This document shows, piece by piece, positions 61,201 through 64,000 of a DNA stretch of 64,000 nt (the stretch's first letter is position 1; each line of letters starts with the position of its first letter). The stretch spans positions 54,932,001 through 54,996,000 of the forward strand of contig CM060732.1 of NCBI GenBank assembly GCA_030704615.1, read 5' to 3'. The stretch comes from Takakia lepidozioides. Its lineage: Eukaryota; Plantae; Bryophyta. Under the pieces are notes generated by a model. That model was not told the DNA's origin and made no database searches. It worked only from the letters and a program-made list of their open reading frames with translations. A program made the position numbers and the translations under genes.

Positions 61201-64000
61201 ACTCTTTGATTATGTGGCATTCACTGGAAATCATGAAGTGTCGTCAGAAAGAGCGGTGATGGCTGCTCACAAGGAAAAAGGGTCATCTTCCTGTGATCTT
61301 TCAAGTGGATCCCAGAAGAGCTATCACTCCCAGGTCGAGTTTGAGAGAGTGCAACTTACAAATGCTCCGGGGGTTCCCATCACTGGGAATGGGACAAAAT
61401 GCAATACGGCTCTTTGCAGAATCACCCTTGTGTAAGCCTGGGATTCCTTAGGAGAAAAGCAAGAGGGGAGTTTGAGAGAGCCAAATGAGAAGAGTAGCTA
61501 GGCTTTCTAATCTTATGGGCAAGCTGCTTTAGGTGAAGACCTAGGGAGAACCCTAATGAGTCATCCCGTTCTCCGTTTTCCCGTTCTGTTCTAGGCAAAA
61601 AGTTGTGAACAGAAAAACAAGATCAGTCTGTAATTATTTGAATGTTATTATAGCCACATTCAAGGAAAGAGAGAGAATGTACTCATAAGGCATTGTTTGA
61701 CCTTGTGTCCACCGACCCCGCGCCCAGTTTGAGCGGAACACGAAGGGATAGAACCTACCTTTGTTAGGGGCTGATGCCGGTGGTAAGACTTACCTTGGAA
61801 TAAACAATTGAGCAAGGTTTTCCAGATATCTGTGATTATTACTACTCTTTCTCATTATGATGACGCTTCACATTCCTTGCAGATATATTCTGTACCCGGG
61901 ATTGGCATCTCTCTTGGGACTAGAGAGGCTGCGCCAATGTCTGACTACCTGGCTCCTCATGGAGCAAGCCCTCCTCAAACACTTCAACTGGAAGGTATCC
62001 TCTGTCTTTCTTTCTCTCTCTCTTCTTCTCCCTGCCAGTGCCACTATTATTCTTGCGCTGACAGTTCCCCTGATACCTTTCATGTGCTGGTTCAGTGGGA
62101 AGGATTAGGTGGCGCACAATTGAAGTCACCAGAACGAGTTCAGATGGATCTGGAAGCAAGTGCTGATTTTGCCTCAGATCGAAATGCAGCAAGTTTGTTA
62201 CTTGATGGGGTGGGCTGGTCTATACCTCAGTCACCAGTTGGAAAGTGGAATAAATCACCAAAAACCAGTCGATATTCAGCAGAATCTAGCAGCGAGCAGC
62301 CCAGAAACAACAGTTTGGAAGTATTGTCCACTGAGGATGAGGGGGCCTGGTTTTGGGTTCCTGGGAAAGGAGATAACTGGGGGAGCCCGGAAGCCTTTTC
62401 TCGAACAGGAGCAGGATTGGGATTGGCCAAAGATGAGCAACCTTGGGAGTTGAACTCTATAATATTACACTCATGGCGAGTGCATAGTGGCTCAATGAGA
62501 GTCACAGCCGTTGCTGAGGATGAAAACACAATTTTTACAGCAGGGGGAGGGCCAAAGGGAGGTTCAGTAGTCCGACAGTGGAAACTAGCAACTTCTGAAT
62601 GTTCTATGGAGTATGGGGGGCATCAAGAGGTTAGTGTTCCCCATGGCTCGTCTGGAAGAATGCATCTAAAGAGACCTTGTCACGTTGAAATTGTTGGAGA
62701 TAGGTCTGTTCATGGGTAGTGCTGAGCACAATGTACAGCTCCAATAAACTCAGAATCAACCCCCTCCCCCCCCCCTTTTAATTTTTTCATTTGTAGCATT
62801 TGTCATTGACTGGATGGCCTAATAGAATACAAGCAAGCAGCCACTCCAGTGATGCTGTTTAATTATATGGTCAAATTTGTCAGATCTTATGGATCCCTGA
62901 CTAGTACCACTGCTTGGCCAGGCGGTGATCGACATCTGCACTCTTCCAGGGAGAGACAGGGTCGCTTCTTGTGATGGGACACTTCATATATGGAGTTCAC
63001 AGACAGGTGAACAGGTTGCCTTCTTTGACGAAGCATCAAGTCCCACATTATCAAGAGTGGCTGCAAGCCTGGACAGTAGTACTGTGGAGGGAAGCAGGGT
63101 TCCAATTAATGGCAGTATCCCACTTGGGGCCACCACGTCAAGTGGTGGTCTACCTGTTAGCTTGACTGGGGGCCATCTATACACATGTCTCCACTCCCTG
63201 GAAGCTGAAGAGAGGCTTGTTACCGGCATGGTCAATGGATCCCTGAGGTAAGGGATCTCAGGTAGCAGCCATTATGATAGAGTGACACGAGCCTAATTCA
63301 AGATTAGCTCCCATGGTCTTACTAGGCTAATTGCTACTTATTCCAGGGGTACTCCATGCTGGATTGACCATCCTGTTGTCTGTGTGGAAGGGCAATTTCC
63401 TTGCATTCCAGTATGGTCACCCTAAACCATAGAAAGTATTGACCTTGTGGACATGCTGTGGCCTTGCAGATTAGACTGACTGTTTCAGGCGTCGTAGGGC
63501 AGCTTTCTACTTGTTCTTGCACTCTTTGGAGATTACCTATAAGACGTTGTTTGCCGTAGCCTTGTGGCCATTGACCCCGCGCCCAGTTTGCACTCTATGG
63601 AGATTACCTGCACACAACCAGAGTGACGGGATGCCTTTTCCATGCATGTTATTTCTGTGATAAACACAGGGCCATAAATTACATCAGTAACTGTCCAACC
63701 GGGCTGTCGAGTTTGCATGTGGACAAGTGCCTCTGTGAGCGCCTTAATGGCAGTTGCGCTGGGATGAGCTAAACTCTGTTGGGTGCGAACCACAAAATGC
63801 TCCAGGGTTGATGGCCTTAAGGCTATGGCAAGCCAATCCTAGCAGGGAACGGCATGAGTACATTCTATGGAAACTCCTGTCTTTGAATTTTCGCTACAAC
63901 TGATCAGAGGTAACTTGCTAGTATGATCGATTGGGAACAGCATTCTTGTTACATTGAGTTCATTTTTATGCCCCTTCTGTATTACAGATTCATCGACATT
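49222..64000 (+). CDS. GFS12: GFS12/WDR81-like protein (kinase-like, BEACH, WD40), multi-exon, 3' end beyond the window
   Basis: Exon 1 49222-49347 (RDFSSRLLLSHGLFRSPFPHGS). Exon 51147-52273 (HPNIIPILG, HGNLRPWNVLL, YLLVLNKLAGRRWGD). Exon 56948-58339 (WRDLTKSKWRLAKGDEQLD, WTPDECIPEFY, WIDLTFGYKL). WD40 exons at 62100-63247. Confidence 0.92.
52332..55648 (+). mobile_element. Non-LTR retrotransposon (APE endonuclease + RT + CCHC), 5'-truncated and frameshifted, in a GFS12 intron
   Basis: GDVNARVG, IVDYI, SDH; KAGGPDGI, QAGFR, DVKKAYDTV, QG..LSP, FADD, YLGV; CPLC..H..C. 14-bp TSD tctatttgatggaa at 52318-52331 and 55649-55662. Confidence 0.95.
55649..56352 (+). mobile_element. Older 5'-truncated copy of the same LINE family
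   Basis: Colinear with 54904-55648 but diverged, with stop codons. Confidence 0.9.
56403..56720. mobile_element. hAT-type MITE
   Basis: CAGTGTT...AACACTG termini, perfect 8-bp TSD gtaatttc (56395-56402, 56721-56728), internal AACCGG-type repeats. Confidence 0.85.
61679..61830 (-). mobile_element. LINE 3' fragment in a GFS12 intron
   Basis: Reverse complement of ~55490-55648. Confidence 0.85.
63539..63588 (-). mobile_element. ~50-bp LINE tail with ~20-bp TSD
   Basis: Flanks gcactctttggagattacct / gcactctatggagattacct. Confidence 0.85.
63805..63865 (+). mobile_element. Degenerate LINE tail
   Basis: gggttgatggccttaaggctatggcaa...atgagtacattct. Confidence 0.55.

Overview
Nuclear DNA of a land plant, with spliceosomal introns and PLS-DYW PPR genes. 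The PPR style suggests a bryophyte or other seed-free plant, but I cannot assign the species. Host genes: an RSRC2/SMAP-domain gene (-), a divergent frameshifted RAE1 paralog (-), an OSCA/CSC1 channel (-), an intact PPR-DYW editing factor (+), and GFS12 (kinase-like+BEACH+WD40, +), which runs off the window end. The first ~17 kb is TE-rich. It contains a TE-like spliced gene with a zinc finger, QQT repeats and RGACT arrays; a complete TTAA-flanked piggyBac (7231-11370); a second, truncated and diverged piggyBac; and PPR and RPL7 pseudogene fragments. The best candidate for a novel system is the piggyBac family. A conserved ~127-aa upstream ORF appears to splice in frame to a Tudor/PWWP-like segment plus the DDD transposase. 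The element's 3' region carries a long hairpin followed by two anticodon-less tRNA-like folds with a compensatory base change. An APE-RT LINE family is also present in about 13 copies, including 50-80 bp tails with TSDs and a near full-length copy inserted at the 5' edge of an older copy. All calls were made by eye; no searches were run.
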